DNA of 64,000 bases, from positions 3,237 through 67,236 of the forward strand of contig WOZK01000017.1 of the NCBI GenBank assembly GCA_011620275.1. The letters are read 5' to 3'. The DNA comes from Candidatus Omnitrophota bacterium. Its GTDB lineage: Bacteria > Omnitrophota > Gorgyraeia > Gygaellales > Profunditerraquicolaceae. The notes under the pieces are model-generated. The model was not told the DNA's origin. It was given only the letters and a program-made list of their open reading frames with translations, and searched no databases. The position numbers were made by a program, and so were the translations under genes. Position 1 is the stretch's first letter, and every line of letters begins with the position of its first letter. Below, piece by piece: positions 9,427-19,687 of this stretch.

Positions 9427-11189
9427 AATATGTTTCCGGCATTTTGAAAAGGACGGCCACGTTGATATTTGTCTGCCAAGCGCTGTTTCTTGTTTCCTGT
9501 TTTTCTTCTTCCGCGGCGGAGATCACCATGGTCTGCACAGGGGACACCCACGCCATGCTTTATCCCTGTAATTGTTCCAGGGAACCGGACGGCGGAATCG
9601 CCAGGCGCGTGGCGCTGCTAAAGAACCTGCGGGGATGCAGCAGGGATTTTCTGCTGGTTGACTCCGGCGGTTTCTTCGGCGGCGGGCAGTCGGATTCCTA
9701 CAGCCAGAACAGCGAGATGGACAAACGCCGGACGCTTTTCTATCTGCGCGGAATGCAGATGGCCGGTTACGATGCGGTTGCCGTCGGTTTCGACGAGTTC
9801 AATTTCGGGCTCGACTTCCTGGAGCAGAACGTCAAGGCATACGGACTGCCGGCGGTTTCCGCCAATATCAAGGCGGCCTTTCTCAAGAGATTCATCATAA
9901 AAGACGTCGCCGGGATGAAGATAGGGATCACTTCCATAGTCGCTCCTTCGGTTTCCATGAAAGCGGCCGGCCTGGAGGTGGAAGATCCGATCTCCGCGCT
10001 GAAAAAGGCCGCCGCCGAGATGAAGGATTTGAAAGTGGATTGTCTGGTTCTGCTCAGCGGGTTGAACGAACAGGACAGCAGGCTGGCGGTAAAAGAGATC
10101 CCGGAAATAAAAGTGGTGGTCCTCTCCAAGAGCGGCGGGGAAGATAGCCAGCAGGAATACGGTGGGTCGCTTTTCCTTAAACCTTCCTGGCAGGGCAGGC
10201 ATCTTGTGAAAGCGGAATTAACGTTCGAGAAAGGCGTCCTGACAGGCAAGCGCACGGAAAGCATCAGGTTGTCCTCCGAGATACCCGGGGACAAACAGGC
10301 GTTGTCCGAATTGCCGGCCTGCTTCGCGGACTTCAACTGCAAAAAGGATGGTGTGACCGGCGCCTGCTTGAATCCGGGAGAGAAATCCGCCTCGTGCTCT
10401 TTCCGTAAACAGCCGAAAGTCTCCCTTACTGTGCTGACGCTGAAGGACTGCCTGGGCTGCGACACGGATACAAAGATCGCTTATCTGAAAGGGCAGTTCG
10501 GCGGCCTGGACGTTTCCTATATTTATTACCCCGGCTCGAAGGCCGCGGCTCTCGTTAAAAAGCTGGGGCTCATCACCCTGCCGGTTTATCTCTTCGGCCC
10601 GGAGGTGGAAAAAGAGACGGCTTTCACGGGGATAAAAGACAGCCTGGAGTTTAAGGGGGGATATTACGTGCTTTCTCCGGCGGTCGGCGGCATCGCTTTC
10701 TTTCTGGACAGGCCGCACGCAGCCGGCAGGCTGGACGTTTTTATGGGATTATTCGAGCCGAAATCCTCCGCGGTGATAGAGAGTTTGCGGGAAATAAAAC
10801 CGGAATTGCATTTTCTGGCTAGCGATAACGAGGGCAAACTGGAGGCGCAGCGGGGTATTGCGGAGATCCAGGAATACTTAAGGGCAGTCTGCGTGAAGAA
10901 ATACGCCCCCGGTTCGTTCTGGGATTATATCTCTTGCCGCTCTCGCGACATAAACAGTTCATGGTGGGAGGATTGTCTGCCTGCCGGGACGGACGTAGCG
11001 AAGATAAAGGCCTGCGCCAAATGCCGCGATGGAGAAGATTTGTTGAGAGAGAACATAGGGTTGAACAAGGAACTGGGGGTTATGGCCGGGCCGACTTTTC
11101 TCGTTAACAATACCGAGATATTCGGCGTTCGCGGAGTATTTCCTCAAGAAGACCTGAAGAAACTGCTTGGGCAGGGCCCGCGGCGGTGA
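9423..11189 (+). CDS. Lipoprotein: degenerate 5'-nucleotidase/metallophosphoesterase-like N-domain fused to C-terminal thioredoxin/DsbA-like domain(s)
   Basis: Lipobox LVSC. N-terminal GDTH...GGIARRVALLKNLR...LLVDSGGFFGG...GYDAVAVGFDEFNFG resembles 5'-NT/SoxB but has the GNHEFD motif degenerated. C-terminal CLGC and CAKC CxxC motifs and AGPTF cis-Pro-like motif. Confidence 0.55.
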   Translation: MKYVSGILKRTATLIFVCQALFLVSCFSSSAAEITMVCTGDTHAMLYPCNCSREPDGGIARRVALLKNLRGCSRDFLLVDSGGFFGGGQSDSYSQNSEMDKRRTLFYLRGMQMAGYDAVAVGFDEFNFGLDFLEQNVKAYGLPAVSANIKAAFLKRFIIKDVAGMKIGITSIVAPSVSMKAAGLEVEDPISALKKAAAEMKDLKVDCLVLLSGLNEQDSRLAVKEIPEIKVVVLSKSGGEDSQQEYGGSLFLKPSWQGRHLVKAELTFEKGVLTGKRTESIRLSSEIPGDKQALSELPACFADFNCKKDGVTGACLNPGEKSASCSFRKQPKVSLTVLTLKDCLGCDTDTKIAYLKGQFGGLDVSYIYYPGSKAAALVKKLGLITLPVYLFGPEVEKETAFTGIKDSLEFKGGYYVLSPAVGGIAFFLDRPHAAGRLDVFMGLFEPKSSAVIESLREIKPELHFLASDNEGKLEAQRGIAEIQEYLRAVCVKKYAPGSFWDYISCRSRDINSSWWEDCLPAGTDVAKIKACAKCRDGEDLLRENIGLNKELGVMAGPTFLVNNTEIFGVRGVFPQEDLKKLLGQGPRR

Positions 11190-11213
11190 TAACAGGGGCA
11201 TAGGAGAAATGAA

Positions 11214-12449
11214 ATGAACAAGCCGACTATTTACTTGATCGATGTTACCAACAGGGACGGCGTGCAGACTTCGCGCATCTGCCTTTCCAAGCTCGAAAAG
11301 ACCATGATAAACATCTACCTGAATGAAATGGGCGTTTTTCAGTCGGAGTTCGGGTTTCCGGTGACCAGGCATGAGACCAATTATCTTAACGCTAATCTCG
11401 AACTGGCGCAGCGCGGTGCCCTTCCCAGGATTAGGCTGGGCGGCTGGATCAGGGCCACAAAGGGGGATGTCGAGACTGCCTTCAGGATGGTGCCGGGCCT
11501 AAAACATCTTAACTTATCGATGTCCACTTCCGACCAGATGATCACGCATAAATTCAAGGGCAAACTTGATCACGAGTCCGTGATCAGCGAGATGACGGAA
11601 GCGGTCAAGGACGCCATATCCTGCGGCGCCGAAAGCGTGGGGGTGAACGCCGAGGATGCCTCCCGCACCAGGATAGAATACCTCATCGAGTTCGCAGCCG
11701 CGGCAAAGGCCGCCGGAGCCCACAGGATCAGATATTGCGACACGCTTGGCTGCGAAACGCCTTTCAGCATTTACGAAAGGATAGCGAAACTGGTGGAAGC
11801 GGTCAAGATGCCGGTCGAAGTGCACTGTCACAATGATCTTGGTATGGTGGTGGCCAACTCCGTGGCCGGCGCAAAGGCGGCGATCGATTGCGGCCAGGAT
11901 GCATACATCAATACCTGCGTAAACGGTATGGGGGAACGCGCCGGCAATGCCGATCTGGTTTCCGTGATCCTGGCTGTCAAATACGGCAGCGGCATGCAGG
12001 ATTACAGGCTGGATCCCGGCCTGCATCTGAAGACAGCCTGGAAGATATGTAAATACGCTTCCTACGCCTTCGGGGTTTCTATACCGATCAACCAGCCGGG
12101 CATCGGCGCCAACGCCTTCGCGCACGAGTCGGGGATACACGCGGATGGGGCGCTCAAGGACAGGCGTAATTACGAGCTTTACGAATATGAAGAGCTCGGC
12201 AGAGGGGAACCGGAGATAATCGAGACCGGCCGCAAGATCACCGCCGGGGAATATTCCGGTATCAAAGGGTTTCGGAACGTCTATGAGAAACTGGAAGTGG
12301 CTTTTCAGAATGACGAAGAAGCCACACGCATACTCGAGCTCGTGCGTTACGCCAACGTGCATAATCAGAAACCTCTGGTGGACGACGAGCTGAGTTTCAT
12401 CGCCAAATATCCTGAAATAGCCGGGAAGATATTTACAATGCAGCCTTAA
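11214..12449 (+). CDS. HMGL-like TIM-barrel synthase/aldolase of the LeuA/NifV/CimA family, substrate unclear
   Basis: HCHNDLGMVVANSVAGAKAAIDCG and metal-site HxH region. N-terminal motif is DVTNRDGVQ instead of the canonical DTTLRDGEQ. 411 aa, lacks the LeuA regulatory domain. Confidence 0.65.
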   Translation: MNKPTIYLIDVTNRDGVQTSRICLSKLEKTMINIYLNEMGVFQSEFGFPVTRHETNYLNANLELAQRGALPRIRLGGWIRATKGDVETAFRMVPGLKHLNLSMSTSDQMITHKFKGKLDHESVISEMTEAVKDAISCGAESVGVNAEDASRTRIEYLIEFAAAAKAAGAHRIRYCDTLGCETPFSIYERIAKLVEAVKMPVEVHCHNDLGMVVANSVAGAKAAIDCGQDAYINTCVNGMGERAGNADLVSVILAVKYGSGMQDYRLDPGLHLKTAWKICKYASYAFGVSIPINQPGIGANAFAHESGIHADGALKDRRNYELYEYEELGRGEPEIIETGRKITAGEYSGIKGFRNVYEKLEVAFQNDEEATRILELVRYANVHNQKPLVDDELSFIAKYPEIAGKIFTMQP

Positions 12450-13757
<1,308 letters not shown>

Positions 13758-13770
13758 CGGTTTAAAAAGC

Positions 13771-13799
13771 TTGACTGGCACAAGAGGTTATGTTATATT
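13771..13799 (+). promoter_or_regulatory. Sigma70-like promoter (TTGACT-17 nt-TATATT) upstream of the OmpA-family gene
   Basis: TTGACT at 13771-13776, 17-nt spacer, TATATT at 13794-13799. About 28 nt upstream of the AAGGAGG RBS and the ATG at 13828. Confidence 0.55.
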
Positions 13800-13827
13800 G
13801 AAATCCATTCCTAAAAGGAGGGGAAAA

Positions 13828-14496
13828 ATGTCTTCCAGATATTTATTTGCGGCAGTCGCGACATTGTTGACGGTGTCTTTGTTTTCCGGGTGCACTTTTA
13901 TTTTTCAGAAAGGCAGGCGTTCCGATGCGCAAAAGATAGAACAGCTGGCGCAGCAGATCGACGATCTGGGACAGGCGAAGAAACTGCTGGAAGACAGGCT
14001 TAGCCAGGAGATACAGGATAAGCAAGTCAAGCTGGAGAGGATGGGAAAGGGGCTGGTCATAACTTTCGTCGCCGATGTTCTCTTCGATTCCGGAAAAGCA
14101 GCGATCAAACCGGAGGCCTCGGCGAGCCTTGACAAGGTTGCCCGCGTCTTGCAGGAGAATGTGCCTGATCTCAACGTGGGAATAGAGGGGCACACCGACA
14201 ACATTCCCATAAAGGTCTCGGGGTGGAAGTCCAACTGGGAACTCTCCTCCGCGCGCGCGCTTAGCGTGCTGCATTATCTTATCGACGAAAAAGGCATTTC
14301 TCCGGAACGTTTATCGGCCATAGGCTATGGCGAATACCGCCCGGTCGCGTCCAACGACAGCAAAAAAGGGAGACAACAAAATAGAAGGGTGGAAATAGTC
14401 ATCCTGCCCAAGGTGAGCAAAGTCGCCGATGATGCCGCTGGAACTCTCGAACCGGCCCAAGAGGCTGTCGAAGAGACGGCTGAGAACCTTAAGTAG
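13828..14496 (+). CDS. OmpA/MotB-family peptidoglycan-binding lipoprotein with a coiled-coil linker
   Basis: Lipobox LFSGC. C-terminal OmpA domain (GHTDNIP...NRRVEIV). AAGGAGG RBS upstream of the ATG at 13828. Confidence 0.8.
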   Translation: MSSRYLFAAVATLLTVSLFSGCTFIFQKGRRSDAQKIEQLAQQIDDLGQAKKLLEDRLSQEIQDKQVKLERMGKGLVITFVADVLFDSGKAAIKPEASASLDKVARVLQENVPDLNVGIEGHTDNIPIKVSGWKSNWELSSARALSVLHYLIDEKGISPERLSAIGYGEYRPVASNDSKKGRQQNRRVEIVILPKVSKVADDAAGTLEPAQEAVEETAENLK

Positions 14497-14844
14497 GGCC
14501 CGGACGCCGTTACACTTCAAGAGCCGGCGTTGCCCCCGGGAGGAAAATCTTTTCTTAAGCCGCGGCAGTTTGCCGCACGGGTAAATTTCCGAGCAAGAAT
14601 ATACTTTGTTAAAAAACGGCTCAATTTAATGGTTTTATCTTCGAGAAGATGCGTTGAACCAACATGAAATCAAGGATAATCAATGCATTGGAATACGCGT
14701 AACGTTTCTAATGACAATATGTTACAATAAGACGGCCTTGGGAAAGTAAGCACAAAGAAAATAGATTTTAACAAAGTGCTGCAAGAATAAACCACGAGTA
14801 TCGTATTTTTTAACCCGCGTTCTTTGCGGAACCGGGTTTCTAAC

Positions 14845-15225
14845 ATGGAAGAAAGCCTGAAAACCCGGATAATTTTTATACTGGCGGTATTGTCGTTGAT
14901 ATGCCTGATCGGCATGATCGGTTCCTGCTCCAGCGCGTTCAGGAAAAGGGCGGAATACAACGGGGAGATGCGCCTGCGCCTTGATAAGGAAGAAGAACTT
15001 CTTAAAGTGAAGAGGGAAAAGACGGCCTGTATGGTAGAGGCGGACAGGCTCCGAAAGGCCCTTGATGAAGAGAAGGAGCTCTCCATGTCGTTGAAGAACG
15101 AACTGCTGCAGGAAAAGCTCGTCAACCAGAATCTTAAAGAAGAAATGCAGAAGGTCGCCAGGCTCAATGAAAGGCTTGAGAACGAACTTAAAGAGGCGGC
15201 TGTCGGGAACAAGACCCGTAGATAG
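14845..15225 (+). CDS. Small membrane-anchored or lipo-protein with a long K/E-rich coiled coil (hypothetical)
   Basis: N-terminal hydrophobic helix with possible lipobox MIGSC. The rest has strong heptad-like charged periodicity. Precedes the DUF4912/GH57 pair. Confidence 0.5.
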   Translation: MEESLKTRIIFILAVLSLICLIGMIGSCSSAFRKRAEYNGEMRLRLDKEEELLKVKREKTACMVEADRLRKALDEEKELSMSLKNELLQEKLVNQNLKEEMQKVARLNERLENELKEAAVGNKTRR

Positions 15226-15310
15226 CGCGTGCGAGATGGAAATAAAGCCGTAGTTAAGATTATCGATAAGGGGATTACTCAATCCCCTTTTTGTTTGAAG
15301 GGAGGATTTT

Positions 15311-16381
15311 ATGGCTATTCTGCGTAAGATCAAGAGCGGGGTAAAAAAGATGATTTCCGGGAGCAGAAAAAGCGTCACGGCCAAGCGCGCCGTTTCTTCT
15401 TCCGCGGGCAAGAAGAACGCGCAGAAGAAAACGAAGCCGACGGCGGATAGGACTGCGAAAAGAGCGGAGCTCAAACAGCCGGAACAGGCGGCTAAAAAAG
15501 AATTCCTGGGAGTCAGCGAAACGGCTGTCGGCAGGATGAAATTCTCCACCCCTGAAGCCGTGCGTTCCGCCTCGCGCTCCATGCCCACGGAACTGCCCGC
15601 GGCCTACGGCAGGGACAGGCTGGTGATCAACCCCAGGGATCCGTACTGGATCTTTTCCTATTGGGAGGTCACGCCCGGCACTTACGACACTTTACGCGGC
15701 CGCTTGGGAGACGATTTTTACAAGGCCAAGAAAGTGCTGAGGATTTACGACGTCAGCAACATAGTCTTCAACAGCCATAACGCCCATAAATATTTCGACA
15801 TAGAGGTCGGACCCGACGCGCTGAATTGGTATATCCACGTCCAGGAAGCCGGCCGTTCCTGGTGCGTCGACCTCGGTTTGAGACTTCCCAACGGAGAGTT
15901 CATCACCATCCTGCGTTCCAACGTGATCAGCACCCCGCTCGACGGCCCCTCCAGGATAACCGACGAGGAATGGATGGTACCGGAGGAACTCTTCGCCAGG
16001 CTTTACGGTATGGGTTTCGGTTTCGGGCAGAGTTCTCCGGTCGGCAAGACCTGGCAGGAACGGATCAGACGCGAACTCTTTTCGGGTATCCTTTCTTCCC
16101 CGGGGCTTTCTTCTTCCGGCAGTCCGGTCAAGGTGCCGCAGAGAGGGAAGAAAAGAAAATTCTGGATGGTGGTTAACACCGAGTTGATACTTTACGGAGC
16201 CACCGAACCGGACGCCAAGGTCACAGTGCAGGGAGTGCCGGTAAAGTTGAGGCCGGACGGTACTTTTTCTCTGCGTTTTTCTCTTCCGGACGGCACGCAG
16301 GTGCTTCCTGTCCGCGGGGTCTCCGCAGACGGTGAGGAGGAGAGAACCGTCACGCCGGTAGTATCACGAGAGACCAAGTAA
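15311..16381 (+). CDS. DUF4912-family protein (GH57-associated), basic Lys/Ala-rich N-terminal tail
   Basis: Central PYWIFSYWEVTPGTYDTL...YDVS...YIHV region matches the DUF4912 family I remember as encoded next to GH57 branching enzymes. Confidence 0.6.
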   Translation: MAILRKIKSGVKKMISGSRKSVTAKRAVSSSAGKKNAQKKTKPTADRTAKRAELKQPEQAAKKEFLGVSETAVGRMKFSTPEAVRSASRSMPTELPAAYGRDRLVINPRDPYWIFSYWEVTPGTYDTLRGRLGDDFYKAKKVLRIYDVSNIVFNSHNAHKYFDIEVGPDALNWYIHVQEAGRSWCVDLGLRLPNGEFITILRSNVISTPLDGPSRITDEEWMVPEELFARLYGMGFGFGQSSPVGKTWQERIRRELFSGILSSPGLSSSGSPVKVPQRGKKRKFWMVVNTELILYGATEPDAKVTVQGVPVKLRPDGTFSLRFSLPDGTQVLPVRGVSADGEEERTVTPVVSRETK

Positions 16382-16543
16382 ACCGCAGCCCGAAGCAGGT
16401 ATTCCTTCCGCAGGGCACGAAGCGCTTTATGCATTATTTCTCCGTTTTAGATGCGGCCGGGATTTCCCGGAGAGGCAGTCCATCCGCATGGACGGCCGGA
16501 AAGTCTTAACCCAGATTCAACTTTGAGCGTAAAGGGGGGGGGA

Positions 16544-18118
16544 ATGAGCAAGGGGTATTTGTGTCTGGTACTGCACAGTCATCTGCCGTTTGTAAGGCAC
16601 CCGGAGCATGAGGATTTTCTGGAAGAGGATTGGCTTTACGAGGCCATTACCGAGACTTACGTTCCCCTGATCTGGATGATGGACGGACTGCTGCGGGACA
16701 AGGTGGATTTCCGCCTGACCATGTCCCTTACGCCGACACTTACGGCGATGCTGCAGGACAGGCTTCTGCAGGACAGGTATATAAAACATATCAGCGGCCT
16801 TATAGAACTCTCGCATAAGGAAGTGGAAAGGACCCGCTGGGAGCCGCAGTTTCAGAAATTGGCTATAATGTATCTGAATACCTTTTGCCGGGCCCGGGAC
16901 ACTTTCGAGTATTATCACCGCGACCTGGTCAACGCCTTTCGCAATTTCCAGAACGCCGGAAAACTCGAGATTATAACCTGCGGGGCCACCCATGGGTTCT
17001 TCCCGATGATGGACGTGGTCAAGCAGTCCGTGAAGGCCCAGGTAAAAGTAGCTGTCGCCAGCTACGAGAAGGCGTTCGGCTGCAAACCGCGCGGCATCTG
17101 GCTGCCCGAGTGCGGTTATAATCCGAACGACGACGAGATACTGCGCGAGGCAGGGATACGTTATTTCTTCACCGACGCGCACGGGGTGCTGCACGGGACG
17201 CCGCGTCCCAAGTACGGGGTGTTCGCGCCGGTTTATTGTAAGTCCGGCGTCGCCTGTTTCGGAAGGGACCTGGAGTCGTCCAAGCAGGTCTGGTCGTCAA
17301 TAGAAGGATATCCGGGGGATTATTATTACCGGGAATTTTACCGTGACATCGGGTTCGACCTCGATTACGATTATATAAAGGATTATATACATCCCGACGG
17401 CATAAGGATCAACACCGGCATAAAGTATTACCGTATCACCGGCAGTTCCGACAAGCAGCCTTACGAACCGGATATAGCGCGGGAAAAGGCTGCGGAGCAC
17501 GCGGGGAATTTTATGTTCAACCGCCAGCAGCAGGTCGAATACCTGCACGGGATCATGCACAAAAAACCCCTGATAGTATCGCCATACGACGCGGAGCTTT
17601 ACGGGCACTGGTGGTACGAGGGGCCGATGTGGCTGGATTTCCTGATGCGCAAAGTGTATCACGATCAGAAAAGCATACGCATGATAACCCCTTCCGAATA
17701 CCTCAACGAGAACCCGCGTAACCAGGTAGTTACTCCTTCCATGTCGAGCTGGGGATGGAAAGGTTACAGCGAGATGTGGGTACAGGGCTGCAACGACTGG
17801 ATATACCGCCACCTGCACGCCGCCTCAGACCAGATGACCGAGCTTTCTTCCCGGCATCACGATTCCCACGGCATAAAGCGCCGCGCCCTTAATCAAGCCT
17901 TGCGCGAGCTGTTGCTGGCGCAGAGCTCCGACTGGGCGTTTATAATGGGGACGGGGACGCACGTCTCGTATGCCGTGAAACGCACCAAGGAACATCTGCT
18001 GCGTTTCGGGCGTCTCTACGAGGAGATCAAATCCAATAATATAGACGAGCAGTGGCTTGCCGAGATCGAGCAGGCGGATAATATCTTCCCGGAAATAGAT
18101 TACCGGGTACATGCCTGA
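16544..18118 (+). CDS. GH57-family 1,4-alpha-glucan branching enzyme
   Basis: LVLHSHLPFVRHPE...EDWL N-terminal motif and full-length GH57 architecture. ATG at 16544 follows a G9 tract/SD. Confidence 0.85.
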   Translation: MSKGYLCLVLHSHLPFVRHPEHEDFLEEDWLYEAITETYVPLIWMMDGLLRDKVDFRLTMSLTPTLTAMLQDRLLQDRYIKHISGLIELSHKEVERTRWEPQFQKLAIMYLNTFCRARDTFEYYHRDLVNAFRNFQNAGKLEIITCGATHGFFPMMDVVKQSVKAQVKVAVASYEKAFGCKPRGIWLPECGYNPNDDEILREAGIRYFFTDAHGVLHGTPRPKYGVFAPVYCKSGVACFGRDLESSKQVWSSIEGYPGDYYYREFYRDIGFDLDYDYIKDYIHPDGIRINTGIKYYRITGSSDKQPYEPDIAREKAAEHAGNFMFNRQQQVEYLHGIMHKKPLIVSPYDAELYGHWWYEGPMWLDFLMRKVYHDQKSIRMITPSEYLNENPRNQVVTPSMSSWGWKGYSEMWVQGCNDWIYRHLHAASDQMTELSSRHHDSHGIKRRALNQALRELLLAQSSDWAFIMGTGTHVSYAVKRTKEHLLRFGRLYEEIKSNNIDEQWLAEIEQADNIFPEIDYRVHA

Positions 18119-18135
18119 AGCGGCAGGGAACCGAT

Positions 18136-18837
18136 ATGGACAAGATACCTACGCATGTCGCGATAATAATGGACGGCAACGGCCGCTGGGCAGGCGAACG
18201 CGGGTTGGCGCGCAGCCACGGCCACCGCCAGGGCGTTAAAAGGGCGGAGGAGATTATTAACGCCGCTTCGCGCATGGGGGTTAAAGTGCTTACCCTGTTC
18301 GCTTTCTCCACGGAGAACTGGTCCAGACCGAAGCGGGAAGTCGGTATGCTGATGCGGTTGTTATACAATTTCCTGGCAGGCAGGGCCGAGAAACTGCAGA
18401 ACCGCAATATCAGGTTTCGCATGATAGGCAGAAAAGAAAACTTGCCGAGGTATCTTTCCGACAAACTCGAGAACTTTCAGGCTAAGACAGCAGGCAATAC
18501 CGGGATGACCGTTGTCTTGGCTTTCAACTACGGCGGAAGGCAGGAGATTATGGATGCGGCCGGTAAATACGCGCTGGATGTTCTGAAAAACGGCGCCGTC
18601 TCCTCCGGTCTGGATGAGGAAAGATTCGGCGGGTATCTTTATACGTCCGGTATCCCTGATCCGGACCTGCTTATCCGCACCAGCGGTGAGATGCGCCTGA
18701 GTAATTTTATGCTCTGGCAGCTTTCTTATTGCGAACTGTATTTTACGAAAACCTTCTGGCCGGATTTCGGGGCGAAAGAGTTTGAAAAGGCTCTTAAAAG
18801 CTACGCGCTCCGGCAGCGCAGATTCGGCAGTCTTTAG
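18136..18837 (+). CDS. uppS: Undecaprenyl pyrophosphate synthase
   Basis: HVAIIMDGNGRWA...FSTENW motifs. Confidence 0.92.
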   Translation: MDKIPTHVAIIMDGNGRWAGERGLARSHGHRQGVKRAEEIINAASRMGVKVLTLFAFSTENWSRPKREVGMLMRLLYNFLAGRAEKLQNRNIRFRMIGRKENLPRYLSDKLENFQAKTAGNTGMTVVLAFNYGGRQEIMDAAGKYALDVLKNGAVSSGLDEERFGGYLYTSGIPDPDLLIRTSGEMRLSNFMLWQLSYCELYFTKTFWPDFGAKEFEKALKSYALRQRRFGSL

Positions 18838-18852
18838 GGAGGCGGGGATATA

Positions 18853-19683
18853 ATGCCTACATTACATAAGGATAATACGCTGAAGAAAAGGATATTCAGT
18901 TCTTTAGTGCTGATTACCGGTACCGCCGTGGCCGCGGCGGTGGACTGGGTCTGCGGACTCGCCGTGACTTTTATCGTTGCCGCCGCCCTGCGGGAGTTCT
19001 TCGGCATGCTGGAAAAGAAGGGATTGAAGATATACAAGCGTTTCGGCATACTGGTGGGGGCGGTGATCCCGTTTTCGATAATGCTGCGTTTCGAGCTGAC
19101 GCGGGGGTGGGAGTTGTTTTTCCTGGCTGCCGGACTGCTGACCCTAATAATACTGCAGTTCAGCCGCAGGGATAATTCGGGGGCGATTGTTGATATTTCC
19201 GTGACCATTTTCGGCATAATATACATCGCTTGGTTCCTGAGTTTCTTGATAAAGATACGATACATGGAGGGAGGGCTGGGGCTCATCGTTGTGCTTCTGT
19301 TGATCGCTAAAGGAGGGGACATCGGTGCGTACCTGATCGGGAGGCGTTTCGGCAGGACCCCGCTTCTTCCCCGCATCAGCCCGCGCAAGTCGGTGGAAGG
19401 AGCGGTGGGCGGCCTGCTCTTCAGCGCGGCCGCCGGGACGGTCAGCGGCATGCTGTTGAAGTTTCCTATGACGACGATTCCGCACCTTTTGTTCATCGGC
19501 ATCAGCCTGGGGATACTGGCTCAACTGGGCGACCTTTCCGAATCCCTCGTAAAACGCGACTGCCAGGTCAAGGACTCCGGAAATTTCTTCCCGGGTATGG
19601 GAGGCATACTGGACGTCGTTGACAGTTTGATCTTTACCGCTCCGGTTTTCTATTTTTATCTGACGTTCAATACATACCGCTGA
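18853..19683 (+). CDS. cdsA: Phosphatidate cytidylyltransferase
   Basis: Multi-TM protein with the C-terminal CTP_transf_1 signature SxxKRxxxxKDxGxxxPGHGGxLDRxD. Confidence 0.9.
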   Translation: MPTLHKDNTLKKRIFSSLVLITGTAVAAAVDWVCGLAVTFIVAAALREFFGMLEKKGLKIYKRFGILVGAVIPFSIMLRFELTRGWELFFLAAGLLTLIILQFSRRDNSGAIVDISVTIFGIIYIAWFLSFLIKIRYMEGGLGLIVVLLLIAKGGDIGAYLIGRRFGRTPLLPRISPRKSVEGAVGGLLFSAAAGTVSGMLLKFPMTTIPHLLFIGISLGILAQLGDLSESLVKRDCQVKDSGNFFPGMGGILDVVDSLIFTAPVFYFYLTFNTYR

Positions 19684-19687
19684 TTTT

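Noticed and set aside
14595-14604. Shared 10-mer AAGAATATAC at 14595 and 36095 (both upstream of genes)
   Set aside because: A single shared 10-mer between about 2 kb of AT-enriched intergenic sequence is expected by chance at about this frequency. Without collinear additional blocks it is not evidence of a common element. It is mentioned only as a weak echo of the GAATAT block of the conserved leader.
14670-15588. Minus-strand ORFs of 180 and 288 aa spanning the AT-rich gap and the coiled-coil gene
   Set aside because: Low-complexity Leu/Phe/Ser-rich translations crossing an obviously non-coding AT-rich region. The + strand coiled-coil ORF has a start and a periodic charged pattern that fit better.
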